64,000 bases of DNA from an uncultured Pelagibacteraceae bacterium (GCA_902599575.1 CACKFS010000001.1:46545-110544), one strand, 5' to 3'; counted from the stretch's first letter, positions 50,942 to 62,196 are shown. Notes: generated by a model from the sequence alone, not told the origin. Made by a program: numbers and translations.

Positions 50942-50969
50942 CTTGAACATTTAAAATTAATATCCATTT
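50942..50969 (+). promoter_or_regulatory. RpoH (sigma-32)-type promoter of hslVU
   Basis: CTTGAA-N16-CCATTT ending 7 nt before the hslV ATG; hslVU are classical RpoH targets. Confidence 0.65.
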
Positions 50970-50976
50970 AACTAAA

Positions 50977-51492
50977 ATGACAACGATAGTACTAATAAGA
51001 AAAAATAATGACGTAGTTGTGGCAAGTGATGGTCAAGTAAGTATGGGAAATACAGTGATCAAAAGTAATGCCAATAAAGTTCGTAAAATTGAGAAAAGAA
51101 ATGTGATCGCTGGGTTTGCCGGATCGACAGCAGATGCATTAACTTTATTTGAAAGATTAGAAGCTAAACTTGAAAAACACGCAGGAAATTTAACAAGAGC
51201 TGCTGTTGAATTAGCAAAAGATTGGAGAACGGATAAATATTTAAGAAGATTGGAAGCACTTATGGCGATTGGTGATAAAGAAAAAAGTTTTATTATTTCA
51301 GGGACAGGTGACGTGCTAGAGCCTGAAGGAGATGTTATAGGAATTGGTTCAGGCGGCAATTATGCTTTGGCTGCTGCAAAAGTATTAATGGATACAGAAT
51401 TGAAAGCTGAAGAGGTTGCGAAAAAGGCGATACAGGTTGCGGCTGATATCTGTGTGTTTACTAATCACAATATAAAAGTTGAAAAAATTTGA
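50977..51492 (+). CDS. hslV: ATP-dependent protease subunit HslV
   Basis: MTTI (catalytic Thr), [33 protein letters not shown] motifs. Confidence 0.97.
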   Translation: MTTIVLIRKNNDVVVASDGQVSMGNTVIKSNANKVRKIEKRNVIAGFAGSTADALTLFERLEAKLEKHAGNLTRAAVELAKDWRTDKYLRRLEALMAIGDKEKSFIISGTGDVLEPEGDVIGIGSGGNYALAAAKVLMDTELKAEEVAKKAIQVAADICVFTNHNIKVEKI

Positions 51493-52856
51493 TGGAAAAA
51501 TCTAACGTAAAAACTTTCCCAAAGAAAACTGACGAAAAAAATCAAAATCATATTGACTCATTGTCGCCAAGAGAAATTGTTTCTGAATTAGATAGATACG
51601 TTGTTGGTCAAAATAAAGCTAAAAGGGCTGTAGCTATCGCATTAAGAAATAGATGGAGAAGACAAGCTTTAACTGGTGATATGCGAGATGAAGTGTTGCC
51701 TAAGAACATTTTAATGATTGGTCCAACCGGGGTTGGAAAAACTGAAATATCAAGAAGATTATCAAAATTAGCAGAAGCGCCATTTGTAAAAGTTGAAGCC
51801 ACAAGATTTACTGAAGTTGGATATGTTGGAAGAGACGTTGAACAAATTATTAGAGACTTACTTGAAATAGCTATTGCAATGGAAAAGGTAAAGAAAAGAA
51901 AAGAAGTTCATGCGAAAGCTCAAAAATTAGCTGAAGAGAGGGTGTTGGATGCTTTAGTTGGAAATAAAGCATCTGTAGCAACAAGAGAAAGTTTCAGGAA
52001 AAGACTTAGAGATGGAGACTTAGATGATAATGAAATAGAGATTGCGACTAACGAATCTAACAACTTGCCAAGCTTTGAAATTCCAGGAATGCCAGGCGCA
52101 AACATCGGGATGATAAATATTGGTGAAATGTTAGGTAAATCAATGGGTGGAAAGACAAAAAAAAAGAAAATGACTGTTAAAGAATCTCATGAAATTTTGA
52201 TAAATGAAGAAGCAGATAAATTAATTGAACAAGACAAAATAATAAAATCTGCAAAAAATGTTACTGAAAATAATGGTATAGTTTTCTTAGATGAGATAGA
52301 CAAAATATCAGGCAGAACAGATAGAGTTGGTGGAGATGTTTCAAGAGAAGGTGTTCAAAGGGACCTACTTCCATTAATTGAGGGTACTACAGTAAGCACA
52401 AAGTATGGTCCAGTAAAAACTGATCATATCTTGTTCATAGCATCTGGTGCTTTTCAATTAGCAAAACCATCAGATTTGTTGCCTGAACTTCAAGGAAGAT
52501 TACCAATAAGAGTAGAATTAGATGCGCTTACAAGCGATGATTTTAAAAGAATTTTAAAAGAACCAGATAATAGTTTAATAAAACAATACAAAGCTTTACT
52601 TAAAACAGAAAATGTTGACCTAGAATTTTCAGAAAATGGCATTGAGACCATTGCTAATCTTGCAACAGAGGTTAATTCATCAGTAGAAAATATTGGTGCA
52701 AGAAGACTTCATACAATAATTGAGAGAATCCTTGATGAAATTAGTTTCACAGCAACAGACAGATCTGGAGAAAAAATTGTAATAGACTCAAAATACGTAA
52801 AAGAAAATCTTGGACAGCTAGTTAAAGATAACGATTTATCAAAGTTTATCTTATAA
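51492..52856 (+). CDS. hslU: ATP-dependent protease ATPase subunit HslU
   Basis: [49 protein letters not shown] motifs. Confidence 0.97.
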   Translation: MEKSNVKTFPKKTDEKNQNHIDSLSPREIVSELDRYVVGQNKAKRAVAIALRNRWRRQALTGDMRDEVLPKNILMIGPTGVGKTEISRRLSKLAEAPFVKVEATRFTEVGYVGRDVEQIIRDLLEIAIAMEKVKKRKEVHAKAQKLAEERVLDALVGNKASVATRESFRKRLRDGDLDDNEIEIATNESNNLPSFEIPGMPGANIGMINIGEMLGKSMGGKTKKKKMTVKESHEILINEEADKLIEQDKIIKSAKNVTENNGIVFLDEIDKISGRTDRVGGDVSREGVQRDLLPLIEGTTVSTKYGPVKTDHILFIASGAFQLAKPSDLLPELQGRLPIRVELDALTSDDFKRILKEPDNSLIKQYKALLKTENVDLEFSENGIETIANLATEVNSSVENIGARRLHTIIERILDEISFTATDRSGEKIVIDSKYVKENLGQLVKDNDLSKFIL

Positions 52857-53255
52857 TTTTAAAAATATCGAAAAAGAACCTGAGTTTTTATTGTCCACCT
52901 GATCATCAATTTTTTTAATAATTTTCATCAATTCTGTATTTGATTTTATGAATTCGGGAACTGAGTATTTTAAAATACCTAAATCCTTTGATTGATAGGG
53001 ATTTTGATCAACTTTTGATCTTAATCCTTTTCCTGTGATAATATTTAATTTTAACACCTTTTTTTTAAAACAATCAGTAATAAATTTTTCAACTCTACTG
53101 TTAGCTTGATCTAAAGAAAATCCATGAAGATCTATTGAAGCTTCTTTCTTAAATTTTATTTGGTTAGTAACATTATCTTTATTATGGATTTTTTCTTTAC
53201 TTTCAAGGAAGTCTTTCCAATCCTTTAGGTCTTTATAAGATGGTTTTTTATTCAA
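52851..53255 (-). CDS. Smr/MutS2 domain protein
   Basis: IDLHG, IITGKG motifs; conserved position after the Tim44-like gene. Confidence 0.85.
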   Translation of the reverse strand: MNKKPSYKDLKDWKDFLESKEKIHNKDNVTNQIKFKKEASIDLHGFSLDQANSRVEKFITDCFKKKVLKLNIITGKGLRSKVDQNPYQSKDLGILKYSVPEFIKSNTELMKIIKKIDDQVDNKNSGSFSIFLKL

Positions 53256-53843
53256 TTAAATGTTAGTTTCGATCAGTGACCAATTAGGATCATTCGATTT
53301 TACGTTTTTTGAAAATTTCCAAGTGTCATAAACTTTTTTAATTTTTTCCGGATCGCCTGAAATAATTTTTGAGTTTTTATCTTTAACACACGAAATAATT
53401 TCACTTACAAAGTCCACTGTAACTTCAAGAAAATTACCATTTCTCTGATGATCCTTAATTTCTGCTGAATTTATTCCTATAAAAGTTGTTTCAGAAATAT
53501 TACCTTGTTTTTCTCTTTCTTTAATTGCTGACTCAAATTGATTGAAAACATTTTTTTCTAAAAGATTTTTAATACTTTTTAAATTTCCCTTTGAAAAATC
53601 AGTTACAATATTCTCATACGCAATTTTTGCACCTGATAAAAATTCCGTTTTAGCTTTATCATCAAAGACATCAAAATTTGTTTTTTTGACTGGATTAACA
53701 TTGGGAAATTCATGGGGAAAGCTTTGTGTTATATCTTCCTCAAAACCAGATTTCTTTCCCAAGATGCCCCTTAGTCTTAAAAAGATAAAACCTGCTATCA
53801 TGGCTAGAAGTATAATATCTATGTATTCAAAGCTATAACTCAT
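53256..53843 (-). CDS. Tim44/TimA family protein
   Basis: FLRLR.ILG..G, FLSGAK.AYE, D.W.F......DPNW.L motifs. Confidence 0.88.
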   Translation of the reverse strand: MSYSFEYIDIILLAMIAGFIFLRLRGILGKKSGFEEDITQSFPHEFPNVNPVKKTNFDVFDDKAKTEFLSGAKIAYENIVTDFSKGNLKSIKNLLEKNVFNQFESAIKEREKQGNISETTFIGINSAEIKDHQRNGNFLEVTVDFVSEIISCVKDKNSKIISGDPEKIKKVYDTWKFSKNVKSNDPNWSLIETNI

Positions 53844-53901
53844 AATAATATAATATTTACTCTATTGCTTAATTTCAACTAGCAAATTAGATTAAAGACA
53901 A

Positions 53902-54306
53902 ATGAACACACTTTTACTAATTATTTTATTTGTTCCTCTTATTGAAATATACCTTTTTATACAAATTGGGGGGCAAATAGGTGCTATCAACACAATTCTT
54001 ATAATTCTGCTAACTGCAGTAGTTGGTATTTATTTTGTTAGATTACAAGGTTTAAACACTTTAAGATCAGGTGTTACCCAACTTTATAGAAACCAAATAC
54101 CTATTTATGAAATGATGTCCGGAGCTGCTTTAGCTGTAGCAGCCTTGCTTTTAATCATACCTGGATTTGCTACAGACGTTCTTGGTTTCCTGTTAATTCT
54201 TCCATTTACCAGAAATTTAATTTTTAAATATTTAGGTAAAAAATATACAAAAGAAGAAGTTAAAGATGATTTGATAGAAGGCGAATATGAGGATAAGGAT
54301 AAATAA
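53902..54306 (+). CDS. fxsA: FxsA family membrane protein
   Basis: VPLIEI, R.QG, LLIIPGFATD motifs. Confidence 0.9.
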   Translation: MNTLLLIILFVPLIEIYLFIQIGGQIGAINTILIILLTAVVGIYFVRLQGLNTLRSGVTQLYRNQIPIYEMMSGAALAVAALLLIIPGFATDVLGFLLILPFTRNLIFKYLGKKYTKEEVKDDLIEGEYEDKDK

Positions 54307-54728
54307 TGGAAAAAAAATATAGAATTCTTGGAGAATTCATTAAAGATATCTCGGCTGAAACCAAAGATGTTGAAAGCTACATATACACTAAAGAAAATAT
54401 CTCAAAATTTAAATTATTTATTGATATCAGTACTAAGCCTCTTAAAAATAAGATGGCTGAAGTTTCAATATCAACAAAATTTAAAGAGGCTGACGATAAT
54501 CAGAAAAATAGTTATTTTGAAATGATATATGCGGTAATCGTAAAAATTGATGAGAACGTTAATACCAAAGAAGTTCTAGAGCCTATATTTTTAAAAGAAG
54601 TACCTACAGAAGTTTATCCTAAAATTGAAAAAATTTTTTTAGACCTGCTCAAACATTCGGGTTATCCAAATGTTAAATTTGAGAGTAAGGTGGACTTCAG
54701 CGAACTTTATAAAAAAAGAGGAAATTAA
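54306..54728 (+). CDS. secB: Protein-export chaperone SecB (divergent)
   Basis: FIKDISAE, E..Y, VP..VYP, GYP, VDF..LY motifs; conserved fxsA-secB-dnaQ synteny. Confidence 0.75.
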   Translation: MEKKYRILGEFIKDISAETKDVESYIYTKENISKFKLFIDISTKPLKNKMAEVSISTKFKEADDNQKNSYFEMIYAVIVKIDENVNTKEVLEPIFLKEVPTEVYPKIEKIFLDLLKHSGYPNVKFESKVDFSELYKKRGN

Positions 54729-55384
54729 ATATTTTTTTTAAAAGATTTTTTCATAAAAATTTTATAATTTTCTAATTCATTTTGTGATGGTTCAATTATT
54801 TTTTTACAGTAATCTGTTTTTTTGGAATTATTTATATTAACGTGCTCTTCTGACTGAAAATTTAATTTAGGTTCTTTCTGGTCAGTCAGATTTATATAGA
54901 CTTTAGATAAAAGCTCACAATCAATTAAAGCAGTGTGTAATTTTCTTCTAGAATTATCGATCCTGAACCTTTTACATAAAGCATCTAAACTTATTGAAGA
55001 TCCAGGATATTTTTCTCTAGCTATATCAAGTGTATCGATAACATTATCTTTAGATATAGTTGGTTTGCCTATTAATTTAAGTTCATTATTAATGTGCGAT
55101 ATATCAAATTCTGCGTTATGTATTATTAATTTTTTATTCTGGATAAATTGTAGAAAATCATCAGCAACGTCAGAAAACTTTTTTTTATCGGAAAGAAATT
55201 CATCAGTATAACCATGAACTTTTATAGCGTCTTCAGATACTTTTCTTTGTGGGTTTAAATAACAATGAAAAGTTTTATTAGTCGGTATTTGATTTCTTAA
55301 CTCAATACAGCCAATTTCGACAATACGGTGGCCTTTGGATACTGACAAACCTGTTGTCTCCGTATCAAGTACTACTTCTATCAT
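54725..55384 (-). CDS. dnaQ: DNA polymerase III epsilon subunit
   Basis: LDTETTG, HNAEFD, SLDALC.R, HTALID motifs. Confidence 0.96.
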   Translation of the reverse strand: MIEVVLDTETTGLSVSKGHRIVEIGCIELRNQIPTNKTFHCYLNPQRKVSEDAIKVHGYTDEFLSDKKKFSDVADDFLQFIQNKKLIIHNAEFDISHINNELKLIGKPTISKDNVIDTLDIAREKYPGSSISLDALCKRFRIDNSRRKLHTALIDCELLSKVYINLTDQKEPKLNFQSEEHVNINNSKKTDYCKKIIEPSQNELENYKIFMKKSFKKNI

Positions 55385-55952
55385 TCAATATTTTTGTTTT
55401 AAGTTTTTTAACTTTTTTTCTCATAATAGCATTATTAAAATTATTTACCAAAACATAGTTTGATTTATTTTTTTTTTTCTTCAATGTAAATTGTGATTTT
55501 CTGAGAATATTTAGTAGCTTTTGATTAAAGTTTTTTCTCTTCTTCAATCTTAAATTGACGTCTTTTCTTTTGGTTTTAAGAAATATTATAACATCTTTTC
55601 TTTTGTACATTTTATTTTCTAAATATAACGGTATGTCTAAAACAACAATCTTCTTTTTCCTATTTTTTTTTAGAAACATTCTGAGTTTTTTTCTAACGAA
55701 GGGATGAACTATTAAACCAATGATTTTTAAATTAGAAAATTTATTTTTGATTATGTTTGATAACTCGTTTTTTTTGATAGGAAAAGTTTTAATAAATTGA
55801 GGAAATTTTTTTTTTAATTTTATAAAACACTGTTTATTGTTTCTGTATAATTTTTTAACTTCTGTATCTGCAAAAAAACAAGGTGTTTTAAATAATTTAG
55901 AAACATGTGTTTTGCCTGAGCCGATATCTCCTACTAAACTAATTTTGATCAT
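55365..55952 (-). CDS. coaE: Dephospho-CoA kinase
   Basis: GDIGSGKT P-loop, AD..V..LY, IVHP.V, LDIPL..E motifs; synteny. Confidence 0.88.
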   Translation of the reverse strand: MIKISLVGDIGSGKTHVSKLFKTPCFFADTEVKKLYRNNKQCFIKLKKKFPQFIKTFPIKKNELSNIIKNKFSNLKIIGLIVHPFVRKKLRMFLKKNRKKKIVVLDIPLYLENKMYKRKDVIIFLKTKRKDVNLRLKKRKNFNQKLLNILRKSQFTLKKKKNKSNYVLVNNFNNAIMRKKVKKLKTKILNDRSST

Positions 55953-56731
55953 TCCAATATCTTTAAAACTTCTTCATCAATTTTAGGTATTATATTATTC
56001 CATATAGAAAACGATTGATTAGCCTGATAAATAAACATAAATTTACCGTTTTCAATTCTGTTACCATTTTCTTTAGCTTTTTTTAAAAATTGGGTTTCTT
56101 TTGGATTATATATTACATCATAAAAAACCTTATCTTTTATATTAAGATCTAAATCTAAACTTTCTCCTTTTAAACCAACACTTGTAGCATTTATAACTAT
56201 GTCAACGTCAGGTATTTTTTTCCATTTTAACACTTCAACTTCATTAAATTTTTTTTTAATATTTTCAGCTTTCTCAATGGTTCTGTTTGATAAAAATATT
56301 TTTTTACATCCCATACTTAATAAAGAATAAATAATTGAAGGAACAACCCCGCCTGCTCCCAGAATTAAAATTGATTTATGTAAAACATTAATTTTGGAGT
56401 GTCTTAATCCTAATTCGAACCCCGCTACATCTGTATTGTGACCAATTATGTCATTTCCGCTTTTATAAATAGTATTAACGGAATCTGTTGTTTCAACCTC
56501 TAAACTAAGTTTATCTAAATATCTTATAACCTTGTTTTTAAAAGGAACTGTTACATTTATTCCATGTATCTCATCGTTTCTCAATTTGTTGATAAAATCT
56601 TTCAATTCTGACTCTTCTAATTTAATTTTATCGTACACCGCATTAATCTTATTTTTTTTAATCCAAAAATTATGTAACTCAGGAGAAAGAGAATGACTTA
56701 TAGGATTGCCAATTACAAAAAATTTTTTCAT
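55949..56731 (-). CDS. aroE: Shikimate dehydrogenase
   Basis: GNPISHSLSP, NVTVPFK, SVNT, GHNTD, GAGG, NATSVG motifs. Confidence 0.95.
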   Translation of the reverse strand: MKKFFVIGNPISHSLSPELHNFWIKKNKINAVYDKIKLEESELKDFINKLRNDEIHGINVTVPFKNKVIRYLDKLSLEVETTDSVNTIYKSGNDIIGHNTDVAGFELGLRHSKINVLHKSILILGAGGVVPSIIYSLLSMGCKKIFLSNRTIEKAENIKKKFNEVEVLKWKKIPDVDIVINATSVGLKGESLDLDLNIKDKVFYDVIYNPKETQFLKKAKENGNRIENGKFMFIYQANQSFSIWNNIIPKIDEEVLKILE

Positions 56732-57312
56732 TTATGTTCCTGTAAATAGCTTTTAATTTTAGCAATTGGTAGTCCCATTATCGTATTTTTGTCTCCTTTT
56801 ATTTCGCTAAACAATTTTTTTCCCTCACCTTCTATTTGATAAACGTTGTATGCATAAAGAATTTTATCAGATATTTTTGACAAATAGTTTTTTAACTCAC
56901 CGTCATCTAAATTTTTCATAACTAATTCTGCCTTATCGGTGTAATTCCATATCATATTGCCCTTTTTAGAAATGCAAACTGAACTAATTAAAAAATGACT
57001 TTTACCATTCATTTTTTTCAAAATATTAAATGCTTCTTCTCGTGAATTAGGTTTTGAGATAATTTGACCATCTAAATCTATTACACTGTCTGCACCTAAA
57101 ACTAACTCATCAGGGTTTTTGTTGCTTATTTTGTTTGCTTTTAATTCTGCAAGATTTTTAGATACTATTTCTGGTGTTGCGCCCTCTTTTAAAAGTGACT
57201 CCTTAATAACATCTTCGTCAACCTTAGAAGGTTCAACATTACAGGAAATACCGTTCTCCAATAAGATTTTTTTTCTCACCTCACTTTTTGAAGCTAATAT
57301 TATTTTATTCAT
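56728..57312 (-). CDS. maf: Maf family nucleotide pyrophosphatase (start moved to 57312)
   Basis: IILASKS..R, VDE, LA..KA, LGADS, KP, IMGLP motifs. Confidence 0.9.
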   Translation of the reverse strand: MNKIILASKSEVRKKILLENGISCNVEPSKVDEDVIKESLLKEGATPEIVSKNLAELKANKISNKNPDELVLGADSVIDLDGQIISKPNSREEAFNILKKMNGKSHFLISSVCISKKGNMIWNYTDKAELVMKNLDDGELKNYLSKISDKILYAYNVYQIEGEGKKLFSEIKGDKNTIMGLPIAKIKSYLQEHK

Positions 57313-58129
57313 TATGATTAAATATATCGTGAATTTTAAGTATTGAGGCCGCAGTTTCTTCAACTGATTTTCTTGTGACATCTATAGTTGGCCAATTGTA
57401 TTTTTGAAAAAGCTTTTTTGAAACTTCTATTTCGTTTTTAATTTTTTCAAAGTCGATATAATTTTTGTTTTCATTTTCTTTTATAGATTGCATCCTGTTT
57501 TTTCTTAAATCTACTAATCTGTCGGGTTCTGCTGTTAAGCCTACGACACAAGTTAAATTTGGTTTTTCTTTTAAAAATTCTGGAACTGATTGTTCATTTA
57601 CCAATGGTATATTGGAAATCTTCATGCCTTTGTTTGCTAAATAAATTGAAGTAGGTGTTTTGCTTGTTCTGCTGACCCCCAATAAAATGATATCAGATTT
57701 ACCTATATCATCTAATGAGTTTCCATCGTCATGGTTCATAGTGAATTGGATAGCTTCAATTTTCTTATAATAATCTTCATTCATAACGTGTTGTCCACTT
57801 GGAATATGACTTGCTTCTTCATTTAATAATTTTGAGAATGTTAAAATAAGGTCTCCCAGTACACCAAAACAAGGAATTTTTTTTTTGTTACATTCTGTTG
57901 ATAAAAATTGAGCAAGTTTATTATCTACTATTGTATACAAAAAAATAGAGTTTTTATTTTTAGTAGAATTCTCTATGATCTTTAAAATTTGATTTTCAGT
58001 TCGTGTGAAAGAGAAGTAATGCGTTTTATAATTGAAGTTTTTGAATTGAGCTTTAATAGCTAAGAATATTCTTTCCAATGTCTCACCAGTTGAATCCGAG
58101 ACTAAGTAAATTTCGTATGTATTACTCAT
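57305..58129 (-). CDS. Pyruvate,phosphate/water dikinase regulatory kinase-phosphorylase (DUF299/PSRP)
   Basis: VSDSTGET, HDDG, GVSRTSKTPTS.YLA, IDVT.KSVEETA motifs. Confidence 0.93.
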   Translation of the reverse strand: MSNTYEIYLVSDSTGETLERIFLAIKAQFKNFNYKTHYFSFTRTENQILKIIENSTKNKNSIFLYTIVDNKLAQFLSTECNKKKIPCFGVLGDLILTFSKLLNEEASHIPSGQHVMNEDYYKKIEAIQFTMNHDDGNSLDDIGKSDIILLGVSRTSKTPTSIYLANKGMKISNIPLVNEQSVPEFLKEKPNLTCVVGLTAEPDRLVDLRKNRMQSIKENENKNYIDFEKIKNEIEVSKKLFQKYNWPTIDVTRKSVEETAASILKIHDIFNHNE

Positions 58130-58412
58130 GTATAATTAATAAAGAATTTTGTATTAATATTAACTTATAAACAAACTTACAAATTCTAGCGTCCAAAATC
58201 AAAAAAAAGCTTTTTAATAACATTATAAAACATGTTTATAACCAATATACCATTTTTTGAATAAAATTATATTTTATGCGATCTTCCTTATTTTTTAAGA
58301 TTTATTAATCAAATTAATTGTGAAAAAAATGTTATAAAAGTGTTAGAAAATAGTAATATTCAATATTAACATTTCTACTGCAAATAATATAAATATTACT
58401 TTATCTATTATT
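58130..58412. other. Probable chromosomal replication origin (oriC)
   Basis: Largest intergenic gap in the window, extremely AT-rich, between the divergent DUF299 gene and hemE as in many Alphaproteobacteria; DnaA-box-like TTTTTCACA (58319-58327, minus strand) and TTATAAACA (58165-58173 plus, 58233-58241 minus). Confidence 0.7.
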
Positions 58413-59414
58413 ATGACAGTTTTGCAGAATTGTATAAATAAAAAGTCGAACGTTAACTGTATATGGTTAATGAGACAAGCAGGTAGATACTTACCAGAAT
58501 TTAGGGAAATAAGATCTAAGAATCAGGATTTTATAGAACTATGTTTAAATGAAAATTTATCATCTGAGATAACAGTTCAGCCATTAAGAAGATTTAATAT
58601 AGATGCGGCGATAATATTTTCTGATATTTTGTTATTACCTTTTGCGTTAGGACAACCAGTAAAATTTAAAAAAGATCTTGGACCATTATTAGGTGAAATA
58701 AATTTTAATAAAATGTCCAAGGTAAATGAAATGCAATTTATAGATAAATTAAAACCTGTTTATAACGCTATAAAAAAGACAAAAGATAAAGCGGAACTAA
58801 AAAATAAAGATCTAATAGGATTTGTTGGAGCGCCATGGACGATCTTAATTTACATGTTAAATCAAAAATCCCCTAAAAATGACGACATTGAGCTTACTTT
58901 AAAAGATAAAAAATTTATTGAGGATTTATTAGAAGTTATTGTTAGGTATCTTAAAATTCATATTAATAATCAAATTGAAAGTGGAGCAACAATTATTCAA
59001 ATATTTGATAGTTGGGCTGGGCTTTTAAATAACAAAGATTATGATAAATATATATATAATCCCACCAAGGATTTAGTTAATTTTGTGAAATCTAAAAAAA
59101 CGCCAGTCATATGTTTTCCTAAAGGAATTAGCGACTACAAAAATTATGTAAGTTTAGTTAAACCGGATGTAATTAGTATAGATTATAATGTAGATCCAAA
59201 AAAAATTTCAGAAAGCATAGATATACCAGTGCAAGGAGGACTAAATCCCAATTTTTTAATTGGTGATAAAGAGGAGCTTAAAGCCAATGCTAAAAAATAT
59301 TTAGATATATTTAAGGATAAACCATATATTTTTAATCTTGGTCACGGCGTGCTGCCAAATACTGATCCAGGTATGGTAGATTATTTAGTTAAATTTGTTA
59401 AAAATTACTCATGA
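58413..59414 (+). CDS. hemE: Uroporphyrinogen decarboxylase
   Basis: WLMRQAGRYLPE, DAAIIFSDIL, GFVGAPWT, QIFDSW, FNLGHG motifs. Confidence 0.97.
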   Translation: MTVLQNCINKKSNVNCIWLMRQAGRYLPEFREIRSKNQDFIELCLNENLSSEITVQPLRRFNIDAAIIFSDILLLPFALGQPVKFKKDLGPLLGEINFNKMSKVNEMQFIDKLKPVYNAIKKTKDKAELKNKDLIGFVGAPWTILIYMLNQKSPKNDDIELTLKDKKFIEDLLEVIVRYLKIHINNQIESGATIIQIFDSWAGLLNNKDYDKYIYNPTKDLVNFVKSKKTPVICFPKGISDYKNYVSLVKPDVISIDYNVDPKKISESIDIPVQGGLNPNFLIGDKEELKANAKKYLDIFKDKPYIFNLGHGVLPNTDPGMVDYLVKFVKNYS

Positions 59415-60412
59415 ACGAAAATCATCCAAAAGTAAATTATGGTAAAACGGGAGTTTTATTAATTAATCTCGGTACACCAGATAGTACCGGATGGTGGGAC
59501 ATAAGGAAATATTTAAAAGAATTTTTATCTGATAGAAGAGTAATAGAGGTAAATCCTTTTCTTTGGCAAATGATATTAAATCTTTTCATATTGACATTTA
59601 GACCTTCTAAAACCGCAAAAGCTTATAAAGAAATATGGATGAAGGATAAAAACATGTCTCCGCTTAGGTATTATACCATGATGCAAACTCAGAAATTATC
59701 AAAAAAATTTAATATGGAAAACTTAATAATTGAATTTGCGATGAGATACGGGTCACCAAGTATCAATGGAAAAATTAAAGATCTTAAGGAAAAAGGTTGT
59801 GAAAATTTAATAATATTACCTCTTTATCCTCAATACGCATCACCTACAACCGCAACTGTTTGTGATGAAGTATTTAGATCTTTAATGAAATTGAGATGGC
59901 AGCCGAGCCTTCAAATTGTGTCCCACTATGAGGAAAATCCTCTTTATATTGATGCAATTGTTAATTCTATTAAAAAGAAAATTTCAGAAATTAATTGGAA
60001 ACCAGATTTAATTGTTGCATCGTATCACGGAATACCAAAAAAATATTTTGATAAAGGTGATCCATATCATTGTTATTGTGCGAAAACTACGAGGCTTTTA
60101 AAGGAAAAATTTAATAGTATTGAAATTATGACAACATTTCAATCAAGGTTTGGCCCACAGGAGTGGCTAACACCATATACAGATAAGACTTTAGAAGAAA
60201 TTCCAAAACAAGGTAAAAAAAATATATTAGTTATTTGTCCAGGCTTTGCCTCAGATTGTGTAGAAACATTAGAAGAAATAGCGATACAAGGAAAAGAGTC
60301 TTTTGTTAATGCGGGTGGTGAAAATTTTGATCTAATACCCTGTTTAAATGATAATGAAGATCATATAAACTTACTTAAAAATTTAGTGGATTCATACTTG
60401 ATAACGAGATGA
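59411..60412 (+). CDS. hemH: Ferrochelatase
   Basis: NLGTP, FLSD.RV, MRYG.P, PLYPQY, SYHGIP, FQSRFG..WL.P, DCVETLEE motifs. Confidence 0.97.
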   Translation: MNENHPKVNYGKTGVLLINLGTPDSTGWWDIRKYLKEFLSDRRVIEVNPFLWQMILNLFILTFRPSKTAKAYKEIWMKDKNMSPLRYYTMMQTQKLSKKFNMENLIIEFAMRYGSPSINGKIKDLKEKGCENLIILPLYPQYASPTTATVCDEVFRSLMKLRWQPSLQIVSHYEENPLYIDAIVNSIKKKISEINWKPDLIVASYHGIPKKYFDKGDPYHCYCAKTTRLLKEKFNSIEIMTTFQSRFGPQEWLTPYTDKTLEEIPKQGKKNILVICPGFASDCVETLEEIAIQGKESFVNAGGENFDLIPCLNDNEDHINLLKNLVDSYLITR

Positions 60413-60843
60413 ATATTTACTTAATTTTAAAATCACTACATTTGATAGCAGTTATTTCTTGGATGGCTGGACTTTTATATCTACCAAGAATTTTTGTGTA
60501 TCATTCTGAAAACAAACTAAACAACGATATATCTGGAGTTTTTAAAATAATGGAAAGACGCCTATATTTTTACATTATGTATCCAGCAATGTTATTATCT
60601 TGGATTTTTGGAGTATCAATTATTCACTTTCAAGGAATAGAATTATTAAAAGCTAAATGGTTTTTGATAAAAATTATCGCTGTGATTATTTTAACAGGCT
60701 ACCATTTTTACCTTGGACACTGTTTAAGATCCTTTAATCAGGATTTAAATAATAACAGCTCTAAATTTTTTAGAGTAATTAATGAAATTCCTACAATTTT
60801 ACTAATATTGATAGTCTTTTTGGCGATTTTAAAGCCTATGTAG
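60409..60843 (+). CDS. hemJ: Protoporphyrinogen oxidase HemJ
   Basis: KSLHLIAVISWMAGLLYLPRIFVYH, MERRL, FR.INEIPT motifs. Confidence 0.95.
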   Translation: MNIYLILKSLHLIAVISWMAGLLYLPRIFVYHSENKLNNDISGVFKIMERRLYFYIMYPAMLLSWIFGVSIIHFQGIELLKAKWFLIKIIAVIILTGYHFYLGHCLRSFNQDLNNNSSKFFRVINEIPTILLILIVFLAILKPM

Positions 60844-60902
60844 GGTTGAAAAACTTATAATAATGTTTATATTAAATCTATCTCTACAAAATATCCATTA
60901 TC

Positions 60903-62174
60903 ATGAAAATCGAAGAACTTAAAAAAAACCCCCCAGCACAGCTTATTACGCAAGCAGAAGAACTTGGAATAGAAAATGCTAGTACTTTAAGAAAACAAGA
61001 AATTTTATTCGCTATACTTAAAAAACTTGCTGAAAAAGGCGAGGAAATAACCGGTATGGGTGTTTTACAACTATTGCAAGATGGTTTTGGCTTTCTAAGA
61101 GCATTAGAGTCAAATTATTTACCAGGCGCAGATGATATTTATGTAAGCCCGAGCCAAATAAGAAAATTTGGTCTTAGAACTGGAGATACTGTAGAGGGCC
61201 CTGTTAGAGCTCCAAAAGAGGGCGAAAGGTATTTTGCTCTATTACAAGTTAGCAAAATTAACAACGAGGATCCTGCAAAGTCTAGACATAAAATAGCTTT
61301 TGATAACTTAACCCCTCTATACCCTAATAAACAATTAGTTATGGAAATTGAAATTAATAAAACTGAAAAAAGACCTGATTTAACATCAAGATTAATTGAT
61401 TTAGTGAGCCCTATAGGGAAAGGTCAAAGATCATTAATTATTTCTCCACCTAAGGCTGGGAAAACCATGATACTCCAAAGTATCGCAAACTCAATAACAG
61501 CAAATCACCCCGAGTGTTCATTGATGGTGCTATTAATTGATGAGAGACCAGAGGAAGTTACCGACATGCAAAGAACAGTCAAAGGAGAAGTCATTAGTTC
61601 CACTTTTGACGAACCAGCTCAAAGACACGTTGCTGTAGCAGAAATGGTAATTGAAAAAGCTAAAAGACTAACGGAGCATAAAAAAGATGTAATTATATTA
61701 CTAGATTCTATTACTCGTTTAGGTAGAGCTTATAACGCAGTTGTGCCAAGCTCAGGAAAAGTTTTAACAGGAGGTGTTGATGCTAATGCTCTTCAAAGGC
61801 CAAAAAGATTTTTTGGTGCCGCAAGAAACATCGAAGAAGGAGGATCTTTAACAATTATAGCTACAGCACTAATTGATACTGGAAGTAGAATGGATGAGGT
61901 AATTTTTGAAGAATTTAAAGGAACAGGAAATAGTGAAACAATACTTGATAGAAAGATCTCAGAAAAAAGGATTTACCCAGCTATAGACATAACTAAATCT
62001 GGAACAAGAAGAGAAGAATTATTGTTTGATAAAAACGATCTTCAAAAGATGAACGTCTTAAGAAGAATAATCGCGCCAATGGGATCTATGGATGCAATAG
62101 AATTTATAAATTCCAAACTGAAGGCCACAAAGAGTAATACAGAATTTTTTAATTCAATGAATAAACCTTCATAA
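60903..62174 (+). CDS. rho: Transcription termination factor Rho
   Basis: [49 protein letters not shown] motifs. Confidence 0.98.
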   Translation: MKIEELKKNPPAQLITQAEELGIENASTLRKQEILFAILKKLAEKGEEITGMGVLQLLQDGFGFLRALESNYLPGADDIYVSPSQIRKFGLRTGDTVEGPVRAPKEGERYFALLQVSKINNEDPAKSRHKIAFDNLTPLYPNKQLVMEIEINKTEKRPDLTSRLIDLVSPIGKGQRSLIISPPKAGKTMILQSIANSITANHPECSLMVLLIDERPEEVTDMQRTVKGEVISSTFDEPAQRHVAVAEMVIEKAKRLTEHKKDVIILLDSITRLGRAYNAVVPSSGKVLTGGVDANALQRPKRFFGAARNIEEGGSLTIIATALIDTGSRMDEVIFEEFKGTGNSETILDRKISEKRIYPAIDITKSGTRREELLFDKNDLQKMNVLRRIIAPMGSMDAIEFINSKLKATKSNTEFFNSMNKPS

Positions 62175-62196
62175 TCTAAACTATTTAATTAGTTTG

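Noticed and set aside
57313-57381. Extended N-terminus of the Maf ORF
   Set aside because: It overlaps the DUF299 gene; Maf homology starts at MNKIILAS (57312)
58290-58320. Clustered TTAA motifs as CtrA boxes in the origin
   Set aside because: Adjacent TTAA spacings are 5-6 nt rather than 7, and TTAA is frequent in such AT-rich DNA
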